Shown here in pieces: positions 31,556-32,000 of a DNA stretch of 32,000 bases. The notes beneath the pieces were generated by a model. It was not told where the DNA came from. It saw nothing but the letters and a program-made list of their open reading frames with translations, and did not search any database. Both the position numbers and the translations under genes were made by a program. The DNA comes from Paraeggerthella hominis. GTDB taxonomy: Bacteria; Actinomycetota; Coriobacteriia; Coriobacteriales; Eggerthellaceae. The stretch's first letter is position 1; every line of letters begins with the position of its first letter. The DNA lies in the NCBI RefSeq assembly GCF_021044775.1, contig NZ_JAJNOQ010000014.1, positions 13,673 through 45,672 on the forward strand. Direction: 5' to 3'.

Positions 31556-32000
31556 ATGGAAATATCCTACTTGAATAAAGAAATTGCGCTGGTGAGAGCC
31601 ATAGACTGCAATGATGACGAGCCCGTGGATATGGACGCTATTATTTCGGGCATGGCAAGCGCCACCAACGAGAAGCGCAGAATCGACCTCATAAGGATGA
31701 TTCCGTTCAGATTCGGCGAAGAGCTTATGTGTTTGAATTGCGGAGATGAGAACCTTGCCGACTTGGGCATAGGTGGAAAAGAAGATGCACGGGTGAAGAC
31801 CACGCTGAATCAGTGGTTCCCCGCTATTCAGTATTTGGGCTTAGAACTTGTAGAAAACGGTGCTCCGGGAAAGCTTGAGCGAAGACAGAAGAATAGCGAC
31901 TCATTTGATGTGTGCCGCGCAAAAGTCGAGCTCGAAGGCAACTACCATCTTATACAACGCAGCGAGTTTGACACCCTGGCGCACAACGTACGCCTGCTGT
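31556..32000 (+). CDS. Partial hypothetical CDS running off the window end
   Basis: I translated the ATG at 31556 by hand (MEISYLNKEIALVRAIDCNDDEPVDMD...HNVRLL) and the frame stays open to 32000. It is absent from the ORF track, presumably because no stop lies in the window. Low G+C. Confidence 0.5.
   Translation, partial: MEISYLNKEIALVRAIDCNDDEPVDMDAIISGMASATNEKRRIDLIRMIPFRFGEELMCLNCGDENLADLGIGGKEDARVKTTLNQWFPAIQYLGLELVENGAPGKLERRQKNSDSFDVCRAKVELEGNYHLIQRSEFDTLAHNVRLL

Noticed and set aside
31567-31803. 78-aa minus-strand ORF in the terminal low-G+C region.
   Set aside because: It is a low-complexity Ser/Ile-rich product with no RBS. The opposite strand carries a longer frame, open from ATG 31556 to the window end, with a more protein-like composition.
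1-32000. Search for tRNA, rRNA, riboswitch-like or CRISPR features and for transposase/IS ends.
   Set aside because: I could recognise no cloverleaf-like or rRNA-like segments, no repeat-spacer arrays, and no DDE or tyrosine recombinase genes by eye. Dedicated tools (tRNAscan-SE, Infernal, ISEScan) would be needed to exclude small RNAs.

Overview
Almost the whole window is one Gram-positive-type conjugative element (an ICE, or an ICE-like plasmid) on a high-G+C backbone. My hand count is about 62% G+C at 2101-2160.

Left arm, plus strand: a YraN-like gene, a Cys/Asp-rich hypothetical, a ~530-bp non-coding leader, then parA, a small conserved gene and a parB-like gene. These are followed by a candidate oriT, a mobC-like gene and a MOBQ/P-type relaxase. 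A lower-G+C cargo patch comes next (hand count about 43% at 7261-7320), carrying a membrane protein and an AAA-ATPase/DUF4143-type nuclease gene.

Right arm, minus strand, read from 31277 down to 8903:
- a sigma-70 region-4-like gene and a second copy of the small conserved gene;
- four tandem, translationally coupled serine-recombinase genes, one of them catalytically degenerate;
- a replisome-organizer (DnaD-like) gene and a DnaC/IstB-like loader;
- an acidic hypothetical, a PcfB-like gene, the VirD4 coupling protein, Maff2, a PrgI/VirB3-like gene and VirB4;
- a CwlT-like two-domain hydrolase, a membrane-anchored protein and a VirB6/TrbL-like protein;
- a 159-aa hypothetical and a 1166-aa Cna-B/SpaA-repeat wall-anchored adhesin (hand count about 48% G+C).

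I saw no rRNA, tRNA or CRISPR. The window ends in a low-G+C partial ORF.

The signals I consider most interesting are non-coding or architectural:
1. Four copies of a TGGGACA-N3-TGTCCCA palindrome at operon boundaries.
2. Three copies of a bipartite GGTATCC-N15-TGCCTT motif, each oriented with the operon it precedes.
3. A recombinase tetrad with a dead paralog.
4. A near-consensus promoter plus an SD-sequestering hairpin in front of the first recombinase.
5. Two inverted paralogs of a small gene in different operon contexts.
6. Two tightly coupled mini-ORFs that the ORF track missed.
7. A cargo ATPase-nuclease with a triple-repeat promoter region.

All functional calls come from motif recognition by eye. 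No database search was run.
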